Shown: positions 17,824 through 26,574, numbered from the stretch's first letter. The stretch: 64,000 nt of DNA from an uncultured Verrucomicrobiota bacterium (GCA_964548925.1 CAZJTM010000003.1:16155-80154); one strand, 5' to 3'. Numbers and translations are program-made. Notes: generated by a model from the sequence alone, not told the origin.

Positions 17824-19509
17824 TCAAATCTTCACCGTCACGCCTGCGTCACCGAGACTGGCCCACGTCAGGCCATTGAACGCGGGCACATCCTTCGCCA
17901 TCTCGTTAAACAAACCCTCGATGGTCAGGAAACCGCCTTTGCCCAAGACGTTGAACACGAGGTCGTGCAGGAAATCCCATTCGGGCCGGGCGTCGCCCGG
18001 CGGCTCCACGGCTTTCATAAACTTCTGCACGCGACCTTTGGTGTTCGTGAACGTGCCGCGTTTCTCGGCGTGTGCGCAGCCGGGCAGGAGATAATGCGCC
18101 AACTTCGTTGTCGCGTTCGGCAAAATGTCGCTCACGACCAGCGTCTCCAGCTTGCCGAGCAAATCCGCGCCAAGGCCATGCTTCGTGACATCCTCACCGA
18201 AAGCGATCAGCGTCTTGATCTTCCCGCTCGCGATGCCGTCCGCGATCTTGGGCAGGTTGATGCCCATCTCGGTGAAGCACATCCCGGTCAGCCGCGCGCC
18301 ATTGGTGTTCGGATTCTTGTCGGCGCTCACGAGTAATTTGTCCGGCTCGCCGACGCGCTCGATGGAATCGCTGATCGCCCCCAGCTTCACCTTGAGCTTG
18401 CTCAACAGCCAGAGTTCTTCGTTCGTCTGCCGCGCGGAGGCGATGATGGCCACCGAACCCGCCGGAGCTTGCTTAAGTTTGTCGGCGATTTCGCTGAGCG
18501 CCTCGGTCCATGACGATTTCTCGCCGCGCACCAAAACGTCCTTCAAACGGTCATCGCGCTGAATCCACTTGTAGTTCAGGCGGCCGGAGTCGCACATCCA
18601 CGGGCCATTGACAGCGTCGTTCTCGCGCGGCGTGTAGCGGTAGATCCGTTCCTCGCGCGAGCCGATGACAATGTTGCAGCCCGTCCCACAACTCGTGCAG
18701 ACGCTCTTCGTTTCCTTCAGAAACCACACGCGCATCTGGAAACGAAAATCCTTCGATGTGAGCGCGCCCACGGGACAGATGTCCACGGTGTTGAGCGTGT
18801 AGTTGTTGTCGAACGGCATCCCCGGATACGTGGCGATGGTGTTGTAGCTGCCGCGATTGATGATGCCGAGGGCGTCGTCGCCCGCCACGTCCCTCGTGAA
18901 GCGAATGCAGCGCGAGCACAGGATGCAGCGCTCGGCGTCGAGCATGATGCGCGGGCCGAGATCAACGGCTTTGGGCTTGTGAACCTTCGCCTCGACGAAG
19001 CGGCTCGCGCTCTGGCCGTAGTCCACGGAATATTCCTGAAGCTTGCACTCGCCGGCCTGGTCGCAAATCGGGCAATCGAGCGGGTGATTGATTAGCAGGG
19101 ACTCCAGCACGCCTTCGCGCATGGCCTTCACGGTGGGCGTGTTCGTGTAAATCTCCATGCCCGGCGAAATCGGCGTGGCGCAGGCGATGGCCGGGCGTGG
19201 CGATTTGGCGATCTTCGGCGTGCCGTCGGGATTCAGGATGGGCTTGCGGTCCGGGCCGAGGGCGGGCGTGCCGAACTCGACGAGGCACATGCGGCAGTTG
19301 CCGGCGATTGGGAGCTTCGGATGATAGCAATAATGCGGCACCATCGCGCCCACGGCCTCAGCGGCTTGGATCATCGTCGTGGGCACGAGCTTGCCCTGCC
19401 AATCCGGCGAAAGCCGCGGCACTTCCACGTCGCGCCCGTCCACCGTCACCTTGATCTTTTCGATCGCGGGCGGCGCGGGCTTGGATTCAGTTGTAACGGC
19501 TGCTGACAT
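17824..19509 (-). CDS. nuoG: NADH-quinone oxidoreductase subunit G
   Basis: N-terminal 2Fe-2S region (CYHPKLPIAGNCRMCLV). 4Fe-4S motifs CPICDQAGEC and CILCSRCIRF. Followed by a molybdopterin-like domain. Confidence 0.93.
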   Translation of the reverse strand: MSAAVTTESKPAPPAIEKIKVTVDGRDVEVPRLSPDWQGKLVPTTMIQAAEAVGAMVPHYCYHPKLPIAGNCRMCLVEFGTPALGPDRKPILNPDGTPKIAKSPRPAIACATPISPGMEIYTNTPTVKAMREGVLESLLINHPLDCPICDQAGECKLQEYSVDYGQSASRFVEAKVHKPKAVDLGPRIMLDAERCILCSRCIRFTRDVAGDDALGIINRGSYNTIATYPGMPFDNNYTLNTVDICPVGALTSKDFRFQMRVWFLKETKSVCTSCGTGCNIVIGSREERIYRYTPRENDAVNGPWMCDSGRLNYKWIQRDDRLKDVLVRGEKSSWTEALSEIADKLKQAPAGSVAIIASARQTNEELWLLSKLKVKLGAISDSIERVGEPDKLLVSADKNPNTNGARLTGMCFTEMGINLPKIADGIASGKIKTLIAFGEDVTKHGLGADLLGKLETLVVSDILPNATTKLAHYLLPGCAHAEKRGTFTNTKGRVQKFMKAVEPPGDARPEWDFLHDLVFNVLGKGGFLTIEGLFNEMAKDVPAFNGLTWASLGDAGVTVKI

Positions 19510-19513
19510 TTTT

Positions 19514-19595
19514 AGTTAACGCAAAGGCGCAAAGACGCGGAGACGCAAAAGAAGAAACTCTTTGCGACTTGGCGACTTTGCATCTTGGCGTTGAA
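19514..19595. repeat. Family A palindromic element, copy A6
   Basis: Arms agttaacgcaaaggcgcaaagacgcggagacgcaaaag and ctctttgcgacttggcgactttgcatcttggcgttgaa. It fills the nuoF-nuoG gap. Confidence 0.88.
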
Positions 19596-19606
19596 ACAAT
19601 TTCATT

Positions 19607-21064
19607 TCACCTTGCAGCGGCGGGTTCTTCTTGCTCTGCCGCCGATGATTTCGAGACGACGGCATTTGGGGCGCGCTTCGCTTCGTCTGCTGCGCCTTTG
19701 GCTACAAACTCATCCTTGAACTTGGCAACGAAGCTCTGAACCGGCCACGAGCAGGCTTCGCCGAACGCGCAAATCGTGCGGCCGCCGGGGATGTTATCGG
19801 CAATCTTCGCCAGATACTCCGCGTCTTGGGCGCGCCCGCCACCGTGGGCGAGGCGATGCAGGGCCTTGCTCATCCAGAGCGAACCTTCCCGGCAGGGCGT
19901 GCATTGGCCGCAGCTTTCGTGCGCGTAAAACTCGGCGATGTTGGCCAGCGCTTCCACAATGTCCGTCGAGTCGTCCATCACGATGATCGCGCTCGAACCG
20001 CTCATCGAGCCCGCCTGAATGATGGTGTCGAAGTCGTAGGGCAGGTCGAGCATGTCCAACTCCTGCTCCACGTCCTTGCCGTCCACCTTGCGCTTGATTT
20101 TGAAGCGTTCGCCCGCCTTGAACACCTTGGCCGACGAGCCACCCGGGATCACAGCCTTCAACTGTCTCGGTGGCCCGCCCGGCTCGGGCTCCCGCAACCC
20201 ACCGCCAAATGCTGGATCGAAGATCAGATCGCGGAGTGTCACCTTGCCCGTTTCAACCTCGTAGTAGCCGGGCCGCTTGACGTGGCCGCTCAAGCTCACG
20301 ATGCGCGTGCCGGTGTTGTTCGGCGTGCCGAGCTTGGCGAATTCCGCGCCGCCCATCGCGACGATGTGCTTCACGTTGCAGAGCGTCTCGACGTTGTTCA
20401 CGATGGTCGGGCACATATAGAGGCCCAGCACCGCCGGGAAATACGGTGGCTTGATGCGCGGATACGGCCGCTTGCCTTCGAGCGATTCGATGAGGCCCGT
20501 TTCCTCGCCGCAGATGTAAGCGCCCGCACCGCGATGGACGTAGATTTCCAAATCGTAGCCACTGCCGAGAATGTTCTTGCCAAGAAAGTTCTTGGCGCGC
20601 GCTTCGGCCAAGGCCTTGTTGAGCAGCTTCGCTCCCTGCGGCATTTCGCCGCGGATGTAGATGTAGGCGAGCTTTACGTCGTTCGCGAAGCACGAGAGGA
20701 TCATGCCCTCGATGAGCTGGTGCGGATCCTTGTGGATGATTTGACGATCCTTGAATGTTCCTGGCTCGGATTCGTCGGCGTTGCAGATGAGATAGATCGG
20801 CTTGCCGCTCTTACGGTCCACGAAGCTCCACTTAAGCCCGCACGAGAAGCCCGCCCCGCCGCGACCGCGCAGGCCGGACTTCATGACTTCGTCCCGGATT
20901 TGCTCCTGTGGCGATTTCTGTTTGCCGTCGGGCAAAGCCATTGGCTGCATCGCCAGCACTTTCCTGAGCACCTCATAGCCGCCATGTCGCAAATAGCACT
21001 CGATGTCGGGCGTGTAACCCGGCTGATCGGCGTATTTGAGGATGAGGCGGTATTCGGAGGGCAT
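19607..21064 (-). CDS. nuoF: NADH-quinone oxidoreductase subunit F
   Basis: Motifs GRGGAGFSCGLKW and ESCGQCTPCREG. It carries an Ala/Glu-rich C-terminal tail of about 40 aa. Confidence 0.95.
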   Translation of the reverse strand: MPSEYRLILKYADQPGYTPDIECYLRHGGYEVLRKVLAMQPMALPDGKQKSPQEQIRDEVMKSGLRGRGGAGFSCGLKWSFVDRKSGKPIYLICNADESEPGTFKDRQIIHKDPHQLIEGMILSCFANDVKLAYIYIRGEMPQGAKLLNKALAEARAKNFLGKNILGSGYDLEIYVHRGAGAYICGEETGLIESLEGKRPYPRIKPPYFPAVLGLYMCPTIVNNVETLCNVKHIVAMGGAEFAKLGTPNNTGTRIVSLSGHVKRPGYYEVETGKVTLRDLIFDPAFGGGLREPEPGGPPRQLKAVIPGGSSAKVFKAGERFKIKRKVDGKDVEQELDMLDLPYDFDTIIQAGSMSGSSAIIVMDDSTDIVEALANIAEFYAHESCGQCTPCREGSLWMSKALHRLAHGGGRAQDAEYLAKIADNIPGGRTICAFGEACSWPVQSFVAKFKDEFVAKGAADEAKRAPNAVVSKSSAAEQEEPAAAR

Positions 21065-21074
21065 GTTAGCGTGG

Positions 21075-21095
21075 TGCGTGATGCGTAATGCGTGA
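21075..21095. repeat. Three tandem heptamers (tgcgtga tgcgtaa tgcgtga) just upstream of the nuoF start
   Basis: Read directly from the sequence. The minus-strand translation would be the ITHHA-type repeat peptide. Confidence 0.7.
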
Positions 21096-21153
21096 ACCCA
21101 AGGCCCGGCTTGACTGGGCGGGGAAAGGGTTTAGGCTTTCCACCGCTCCGGCT

Positions 21154-21227
21154 TGCCCGATGGTGTAACGGTAGCACAGCAGACTCTGGATCTGTTTGTC
21201 ATGGTTCAAATCCATGTCGGGCAGCCA
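21154..21227 (+). tRNA. tRNA-Gln (anticodon CTG), CCA encoded
   Basis: Manual cloverleaf. Acceptor TGCCCGA/TCGGGCA is 7/7 paired with U1-A72 and G73. D stem GTGT/GCAC. Anticodon stem GCAGA/TCTGT with loop CTCTGGA. T arm CATGG-TTCAAAT-CCATG. Total 74 nt. It lies on the strand opposite the surrounding nuo genes. Confidence 0.85.
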
Positions 21228-21271
21228 ACTTCCGTTTACGGGTCGAAGCTTGCGGATAGCGAACTTCTTTT

Positions 21272-21724
21272 TCATTTCGCCCTCCTCCGCAGTTTAAGCG
21301 TCTGGTCAATCGCGTGAATGTGAGCCGGATCTTTGTCCCGCATCACGGCGGCCTTACTCTTGCGGATGGACTCCAACGGCATGACGGGAATCTCGCAACC
21401 GTGGAATTTCAGTTTGTGCGCCTTTCGCATCTCAGTGCTGAACGTGTCGAGGCCGGTAACTTCGTAGATAAAATTCACCAGCATCCCGTCGCTCAATTCC
21501 ACGACGGTGTTGCGGACCATGGCTGCCCCCAAGCGCAAGGCGACGTTCACCGCGCGCATGTATTGGCGGGCGGGAAGGTCAATCCACAGGTCCACATCGT
21601 GCGTGACCACCGGAACACCTTGGAGGAGGGCTGCAGTCATGCCTATGAGCTGGAAGCGAATTTTTTCAGCGCGGAGCGCCCCCACAAGCCGAACGAGCGG
21701 AGATACGTCTCGTTTATCTGCCAA
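21272..21724 (-). CDS. Nucleotidyltransferase-fold protein (minimal NTase / DUF6036-like); start uncertain (TTG 21724, GTG 21685, or track ATG 21862)
   Basis: IRFQLIGMTAALLQGVPVVTHDVDLWIDLP resembles the G-x-A...T-x-D-x-D NTase core. The N-terminal 45 codons of the 196-aa track ORF are Arg-rich and overlap a better-looking small ORF in another frame. Confidence 0.5.
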   Translation of the reverse strand: MADKRDVSPLVRLVGALRAEKIRFQLIGMTAALLQGVPVVTHDVDLWIDLPARQYMRAVNVALRLGAAMVRNTVVELSDGMLVNFIYEVTGLDTFSTEMRKAHKLKFHGCEIPVMPLESIRKSKAAVMRDKDPAHIHAIDQTLKLRRRAK

Positions 21725-21843
21725 CGTTCGTCTGGTGTCGCCGCCAGACTTCGGGCGTAGAGGACCTTTTCGTGCTCGTCCAAGCCGCGCACGCGTTTGA
21801 TGCGTGCGTAAACTTTCCGCCAATCTTTGAGGCTTGTTTGCAT
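21643..21843 (-). CDS. Hypothetical 66-aa helical protein (possible partner of the NTase-like gene)
   Basis: MQTSLKDWRKVYARIKRVRGLDEHEKVLYARSLAATPDERWQINETYLRSFGLWG has balanced composition. It starts 29 nt after the nuoE stop and overlaps the start region of the downstream NTase-like ORF. Confidence 0.4.
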   Translation of the reverse strand: MQTSLKDWRKVYARIKRVRGLDEHEKVLYARSLAATPDERWQINETYLRSFGLWGRSALKKFASSS

Positions 21844-21872
21844 GTTTGCGCCTGGTTGCCATCCGGAATCGT

Positions 21873-22358
21873 CTATTTGCACTTGGCCACTATTTCGTCT
21901 GCTTTGGCGCGGCTGACGCCTTCATGGAAATCGTCGTTCACCATGATGACTGGCGCCGTGCCGCAACTGGCCAGGCATTCGACGAACTCAACCGTGAACT
22001 TGCCGTCCTTCGTCGTCTGCGGACCGTGTTTGTGCGCGTCGAGCCCCAACTTCTCGCAAAAGTGCTTGTGCAGTTGATATGAGCCGCCGAGCGCGCAGCT
22101 CAACGTGCGGCAAACCTTGATTTGATACTTTCCGACCGGCTGCTGCCGGAACATCGGGTAGAACGTGACCAGTTCGTAAACGTTGATCGGTTGCAGGCCG
22201 AGCTTCCTGGCCGTCCACTCGACGGCTTCCTGCGAAATCCAGCCGAAGTGTTCCTGAATCGCATGCAGCACCATGAGCGACGCGCTGCGCTTCACGGGAT
22301 AATGCGTGATCAGCTCGTCAATCTCGGCTTCCAAACTGGCTGGGATGGCGAAACTCAT
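21873..22358 (-). CDS. nuoE: NADH-quinone oxidoreductase subunit E
   Basis: 161-aa thioredoxin-like 2Fe-2S subunit (VCRTLSCALGG, ECLASCGTAPV). 4-nt overlap with nuoD. Confidence 0.93.
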   Translation of the reverse strand: MSFAIPASLEAEIDELITHYPVKRSASLMVLHAIQEHFGWISQEAVEWTARKLGLQPINVYELVTFYPMFRQQPVGKYQIKVCRTLSCALGGSYQLHKHFCEKLGLDAHKHGPQTTKDGKFTVEFVECLASCGTAPVIMVNDDFHEGVSRAKADEIVAKCK

Positions 22359-23629
22359 CGGTCACACTCCCCCATCACGAAGTCGAACGAGCCCAAGATC
22401 GCCGTTGTGTCGCTCATCATGTGGCCGGGCAAAAGGTGCGACAGGATGCTCAGGTTGCAGAAGGAAGGCGAACGAATCTTCATCCGATACGGCGTGCCGC
22501 CGCCGCGGCTGTGGATGTAGAAGCCCAATTCGCCCTTCGGATTCTCGTGCCCGAAGTAGATTTCGCCGGGCGGACAGTTCACGCCTTGCGTCACGAGCAT
22601 GAACTGGTGGATCAGTTCCTCCATGCTCGACATGACCTTGTGCTTGGGCGGCAACACGATCTTGCCATCGCTGACACACACTGGTTCTTTCGACTCGTTC
22701 TCAAAGCCACCGGGAATCTTATCGAGGCATTGATGGATAATCCGCACGCTTTGGCGCATTTCCTCCATGCGGACGAGGTAGCGGTCGTAGCTGTCGCCGA
22801 CTTCGCCGAGCGGCACGTCGAACTGCAAATCCGGGTAGCACAAATACGGCTGCGCCTTGCGCAAATCGTACTCCACCCCGCTGCCGCGCAGGTTCGGGCC
22901 GGTCAAGCCGTAGTCGAGCGCGTCTTCCTTCGAGATCACGCCGACATCCTTGGTCCGGTCAATCCAGATTCTGTTTCGCGTGAGCAACGTCTCGACCTCG
23001 GCGATGTTAACCACGACCTCGTTCAGAAACTTGCGCACGGCCGCGCACCAGCCGGGCGGCGTGTCGCGCGAAACCCCGCCGATGCGCGTGTAAGTGGTCG
23101 TGAACCGCGCGCCGGAGAGGGCCTCAGCCAGGTTGTGAATCTTTTCGCGCTCGGTGAACGTGATCAGGAACACCGTCATCGCGCCGACGTCCATGGCGAA
23201 GCAGCCAATGCCGAGCAAGTGCGACGAGATTCGGGCGAGTTCCGCGCAGATCACCCGGATGTATTGGCAGCGCGGCGGCAGCCCGTCGTGGATGCCGAGG
23301 AGCTTCTCGACCGCAAGCGCGTAGGCGACGTTGTTCGCGAGCGGCGCGAGGTAATCCAGCCGATCCGTATACGGGATGAACTGGGTGTAGGTCATGTTCT
23401 CGGCGATCTTCTCGTCGCCACGGTGGAGGTAGCCGATGTCGGGCGTCGCCTTGGTGATGACCTCGCCATCGAGTTCCAGCACGATGCGCAACACACCGTG
23501 CGTGGACGGATGCGACGGCCCCATGTTCAGGATCATCTTCTCGCCCTGAACGTCGGCAAGGTCTTCGACCGCGGCCTGGGCGGCGCGCCCGGCGCTGTCT
23601 TGGAACTCGATGTCGCGAACTTCAGGCAT
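22355..23629 (-). CDS. nuoD: NADH-quinone oxidoreductase subunit D
   Basis: 424-aa 49-kDa subunit (LNMGPSHPSTHGVLR, MEELIHQF, C-terminal DFVMGECDR). Confidence 0.95.
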   Translation of the reverse strand: MPEVRDIEFQDSAGRAAQAAVEDLADVQGEKMILNMGPSHPSTHGVLRIVLELDGEVITKATPDIGYLHRGDEKIAENMTYTQFIPYTDRLDYLAPLANNVAYALAVEKLLGIHDGLPPRCQYIRVICAELARISSHLLGIGCFAMDVGAMTVFLITFTEREKIHNLAEALSGARFTTTYTRIGGVSRDTPPGWCAAVRKFLNEVVVNIAEVETLLTRNRIWIDRTKDVGVISKEDALDYGLTGPNLRGSGVEYDLRKAQPYLCYPDLQFDVPLGEVGDSYDRYLVRMEEMRQSVRIIHQCLDKIPGGFENESKEPVCVSDGKIVLPPKHKVMSSMEELIHQFMLVTQGVNCPPGEIYFGHENPKGELGFYIHSRGGGTPYRMKIRSPSFCNLSILSHLLPGHMMSDTTAILGSFDFVMGECDR

Positions 23630-23660
23630 GGAACTGTTCAGACCGAATGGAACGGCGTTG

Positions 23661-24074
23661 TCATGGCTTCGCCTCCGGCGGAAGCAAATTCAGCACGAAA
23701 TCGTAAAGGGCTTGGGCATCTCGCAGTGCTGCGTCAAATTCCTCACGCGTTGGCATCGGGTCCTCGGTGAGTCCCGGATAACGGAAGGCAGAAACGTAAG
23801 GCGTGAGCCGTTCCGCGGTTCCGGTGAAAAGGGTGAAGTCAGTTCGCAACGCGGCGGCCTGTCGGATGAGCCGTCGGAGGTCATGCGTCTTTTCAAATGA
23901 AACATTCCGGGCCGCAAGCCAGCCTTTCACGGCCTTCTCCGCCGCCTGCTGGCAATGATAGATGGCGGTGTCAAGCGGCCCCCCGGCGGCGTTGGCTGTG
24001 ATGCGCGCCGTTTGCAGATCGTGCAGCGCCTTGGTCAACCATTCGCGCGTCAGCCTGGAAATGGCCTCATCCAT
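23661..24074 (-). CDS. HEPN domain protein (ATG 24074 preferred)
   Basis: MDEAISRLTREWLTKALHDLQTA...AIYHCQQAAEKAVKGWL...FEKTHDLRRLI shows the typical HEPN helix pattern. 8-nt overlap with the upstream MNT gene. Confidence 0.8.
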   Translation of the reverse strand: MDEAISRLTREWLTKALHDLQTARITANAAGGPLDTAIYHCQQAAEKAVKGWLAARNVSFEKTHDLRRLIRQAAALRTDFTLFTGTAERLTPYVSAFRYPGLTEDPMPTREEFDAALRDAQALYDFVLNLLPPEAKP

Positions 24075-24387
24075 AAAGTTTTCGCCCCCGGTGCAGGATG
24101 TCGTGCTGGATGGACGCGCGCAAATCCTTGTAGCGGTCAAATTCCTCCCGCGTTTGCACAAACACGTCCTTGCTCATGTCCAAGTCGCCCAGGCACCGAT
24201 GCGCGCGTTGCATCCGACGGATCGCTCGTTCGTTGCTTTCGGGGACAATCACCATCAAGTCCACATCGCTGTCCTCGTGCGGCGTGCCCCAGGCATGGGA
24301 GCCGAACAGGAATATCTGCTCCGGCTGGAACTCGGCTTTCAGCCGTTCCACGGCCTTCTCCAACAATCCTGCCGGGATTTCTTTCAT
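24067..24387 (-). CDS. Minimal nucleotidyltransferase (MNT) domain protein
   Basis: Pol-beta-type NTase motif LFGSHAWGTPHEDSDVDLMVIV. It starts 13 nt after the nuoC stop. Confidence 0.85.
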   Translation of the reverse strand: MKEIPAGLLEKAVERLKAEFQPEQIFLFGSHAWGTPHEDSDVDLMVIVPESNERAIRRMQRAHRCLGDLDMSKDVFVQTREEFDRYKDLRASIQHDILHRGRKLYG

Positions 24388-24400
24388 GGTTAATCCAAGA

Positions 24401-24979
24401 TCAGATTTCGGGCGTTCTTACCCGTGGCTCGCGCTCAATGGCATCCTTCCCGCCGGGCAAGGTCACGAACGGCCCGCCTTCGATGGGCGCGGCTTTCGTG
24501 AACGCCACGTCCGGCACTTCCGTCGGCTTGCCGGCGACAGGGAAGTCCTTGCGTAGTGGATGATACGGGTAGCCTTCCCACATGATGATTCGACGCAAAT
24601 CCGGGTGGTTGCGAAACCGGATTCCCATCATGTCGTAAATCTCGCGCTCGTGCCACTCAGCCGTGCGCCAGACGCCCGTGACGGTCGGCAGCTCGGATTT
24701 CTCTTCGCTTACGCGGGTCCGCAGGCGCAGGTAGCAGCGGTGCGCAACGCCATAAAGCTCATAGACGATCAGCCAGCGCGGGTCGTCGCCGTAGTTGTCC
24801 ACGCTCGAAATGTCCACGAGGAAATCGGAACCCAAGTCCTTCTTCGCAAAGGCGCACACCTCGACAATCCGCTCGGCATCCGCGACATCCATCGTCACTT
24901 CGCCGCGAAACTCCGCCGGCTCGGAGAGGGTTTCTCCGAACTTGGCGCGGAGTTGCTTGGCGAGTTCGAGGGCGGTCAC
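24401..24979 (-). CDS. nuoC: NADH-quinone oxidoreductase subunit C (GTG 24979 preferred over GTG 25021)
   Basis: 30-kDa subunit (WRTAEWHEREIYDMMGIRFRNHPDLRRI). The 14 extra track codons (SICVHPWFQFLF) translate the family E repeat arm. Confidence 0.9.
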   Translation of the reverse strand: MTALELAKQLRAKFGETLSEPAEFRGEVTMDVADAERIVEVCAFAKKDLGSDFLVDISSVDNYGDDPRWLIVYELYGVAHRCYLRLRTRVSEEKSELPTVTGVWRTAEWHEREIYDMMGIRFRNHPDLRRIIMWEGYPYHPLRKDFPVAGKPTEVPDVAFTKAAPIEGGPFVTLPGGKDAIEREPRVRTPEI

Positions 24980-24997
24980 AGTAAAAAGAAATTGAAA

Positions 24998-25137
24998 CCA
25001 CGGATGGACACAGATGGACACGGATAAGACGTAGCAGCCGACGTGAGGAGGCTCTGATTTCCTTTCAGTTTGAGCCTCGTTACCTCGGCTGCTACAGAAT
25101 CTCTTGTGAATCCGTGTTTATCCGTGTTCATCCGTGG
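24998..25137. repeat. Composite nested palindrome: family E arms flanking a family D hairpin
   Basis: E arms ccacggatggacacagatggacacggataag (24998-25028) and gtgaatccgtgtttatccgtgttcatccgtgg (25106-25137) are inverted copies. Inner hairpin gtagcagccgacgtgaggaggctc...gagcctcgttacctcggctgctac spans 25031-25095. The element fills the nuoB-nuoC gap. Confidence 0.88.
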
Positions 25138-25143
25138 TTGAAG

Positions 25144-25674
25144 CTACTTTCCGGGCGGCAACGCCGGGCCTGGTCGCTTCAGTGTTGCCAGCAACGGCTC
25201 GCGCATGAGTTTGCCCTGAAGCTTGAGCAGCGCGTCGAGCAACGCCTCGGGTCGCGGCGGACAACCGGCGACGTAGAAATCCACCGGGAGGATGTGGTCC
25301 ACGCCTTGCAGGACAGAATAGCTCCGATACATGCCTCCCGTGGACGCACACGCGCCCATGGCGATGACCCATTTCGGCTCGGCCATCTGGTCGTAGAGCC
25401 GCTTCACCACCGTGGCCATCTTGTAGGTCACCGTGCCGGCGACGATCATCACGTCCGATTGCCGCGGGGAAAAGCGCATCACCTCCATGCCGAAGCGGGA
25501 GATGTCGTAGCGGCTCGCGCCCGTGCCCATGAGTTCGATGGCACAGCAAGCCAACCCCATCGGCATCGGCCAGATGGAGTTCTTGCGAAACCAGTTCAAA
25601 GCGGCGTCCAGCCGAGTAACGACAACGTCGCCCTCGACCTTCGTGTTGTAGCCTATTTCGGTGGTGTTTTGCAC
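25144..25674 (-). CDS. nuoB: NADH-quinone oxidoreductase subunit B (GTG start)
   Basis: Motifs [20 protein letters not shown] and [11 protein letters not shown]. Confidence 0.95.
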   Translation of the reverse strand: MQNTTEIGYNTKVEGDVVVTRLDAALNWFRKNSIWPMPMGLACCAIELMGTGASRYDISRFGMEVMRFSPRQSDVMIVAGTVTYKMATVVKRLYDQMAEPKWVIAMGACASTGGMYRSYSVLQGVDHILPVDFYVAGCPPRPEALLDALLKLQGKLMREPLLATLKRPGPALPPGK

Positions 25675-25892
25675 AGGCTGCGCCGCGGTCGGTTTGCGCG
25701 TGGAACCTAGTGAGGCCCCCGAGGAGTCGCAAGGTGAAACTCCGCCATTTCAGGGCGGTTGTGGCGAAATTCCCGCCCCGACAGCAAAACTAAACAAGCG
25801 ATGCGCAACCGGAGTCAGTTCGTGCGGCCCAACTGCCAAAACATTGGGGTCAGCGAGAACTCACCGAAACCTCCCACCAGCCGCAATCAAGC

Positions 25893-26552
25893 TTAGTTCA
25901 GTCGCGACACGCGAAACTGGCTGAACCGCGCCCAATGTTCGGCGTCCGGCGGGCCTTGGTAACAATGCAGGCTGACCTTCGCCTGGCCTTGCGGTGAAGC
26001 GGGCATCTCGCCCGAACCCGCTTCACGCCACTTTTCCGCTCCTAGAGGCAAATACTCGCCGCGAATCTTCCGACCGGCCACAAGCAACCGCACCCGCACC
26101 GAGGTCACGGCGATGGGAATCTTGGCCAGCGTGCGCGTCTGGTCGGCCTCCTCGCGCCCCATGACGATGCACACCTCGCCATCCACGAGTTCCAAGCCCA
26201 GCTTCACCATGTGGCTGTCATCGTAATACCAGGCCAGGTTCGCCTGCTCGTACTGGTGCGTGGGGAAATTGGTGATGGTGACGGAAGCCTCGACTTCGCC
26301 GCCCTCCACAACCGGCGCGGGGCGGACAAGGACGTTTTTCGCGTTATTCGCCCCACCCCAGAGGTTGCCGGGCAACACGCGCATCTCAAGCCCTCGGCCC
26401 GTAATCCGCCAATTCGCCCGGTCTTCCCGCACCCACGACCACCCGTCACTGAGCTGGCTGGTGAAGTCGTCTTTGAACAGCACTTCCTCGGCAGCGCAAC
26501 TCAGGGCGAGGGGCAGGGTAACCAGGAAGAGTCCAAGGTGTTGGAGTTGCAT
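25893..26552 (-). CDS. Secreted concanavalin A-like lectin/glucanase-fold protein (GH43-C2/DUF1349-like)
   Basis: Signal peptide (LFLVTLPLALSCAAE). LFKDDFTS..GWSWVREDRANWRITGRGLEMRVLPGNLW and ANLAWYYDDSHMVKLGLE match the pattern as recalled. Confidence 0.5.
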   Translation of the reverse strand: MQLQHLGLFLVTLPLALSCAAEEVLFKDDFTSQLSDGWSWVREDRANWRITGRGLEMRVLPGNLWGGANNAKNVLVRPAPVVEGGEVEASVTITNFPTHQYEQANLAWYYDDSHMVKLGLELVDGEVCIVMGREEADQTRTLAKIPIAVTSVRVRLLVAGRKIRGEYLPLGAEKWREAGSGEMPASPQGQAKVSLHCYQGPPDAEHWARFSQFRVSRLN

Positions 26553-26574
26553 GGCTTCGGCCTCAAATGGCAGG

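Noticed and set aside
19826-21088. 420-aa plus-strand ORF
   Set aside because: It is antisense to nuoF, which has clear FMN and 4Fe-4S motifs. No recognisable motif was found, and the composition is Arg/Ala/His-rich.
21154-21882. Integrated mobile element at tRNA-Gln
   Set aside because: No integrase or recombinase gene and no visible direct repeat of the tRNA 3' end. It is reported only as an insertion-like module, not as a mobile element.
22421-23770. 449-aa plus-strand ORF
   Set aside because: It is an antisense shadow of nuoD and the HEPN gene, with the same reasoning.
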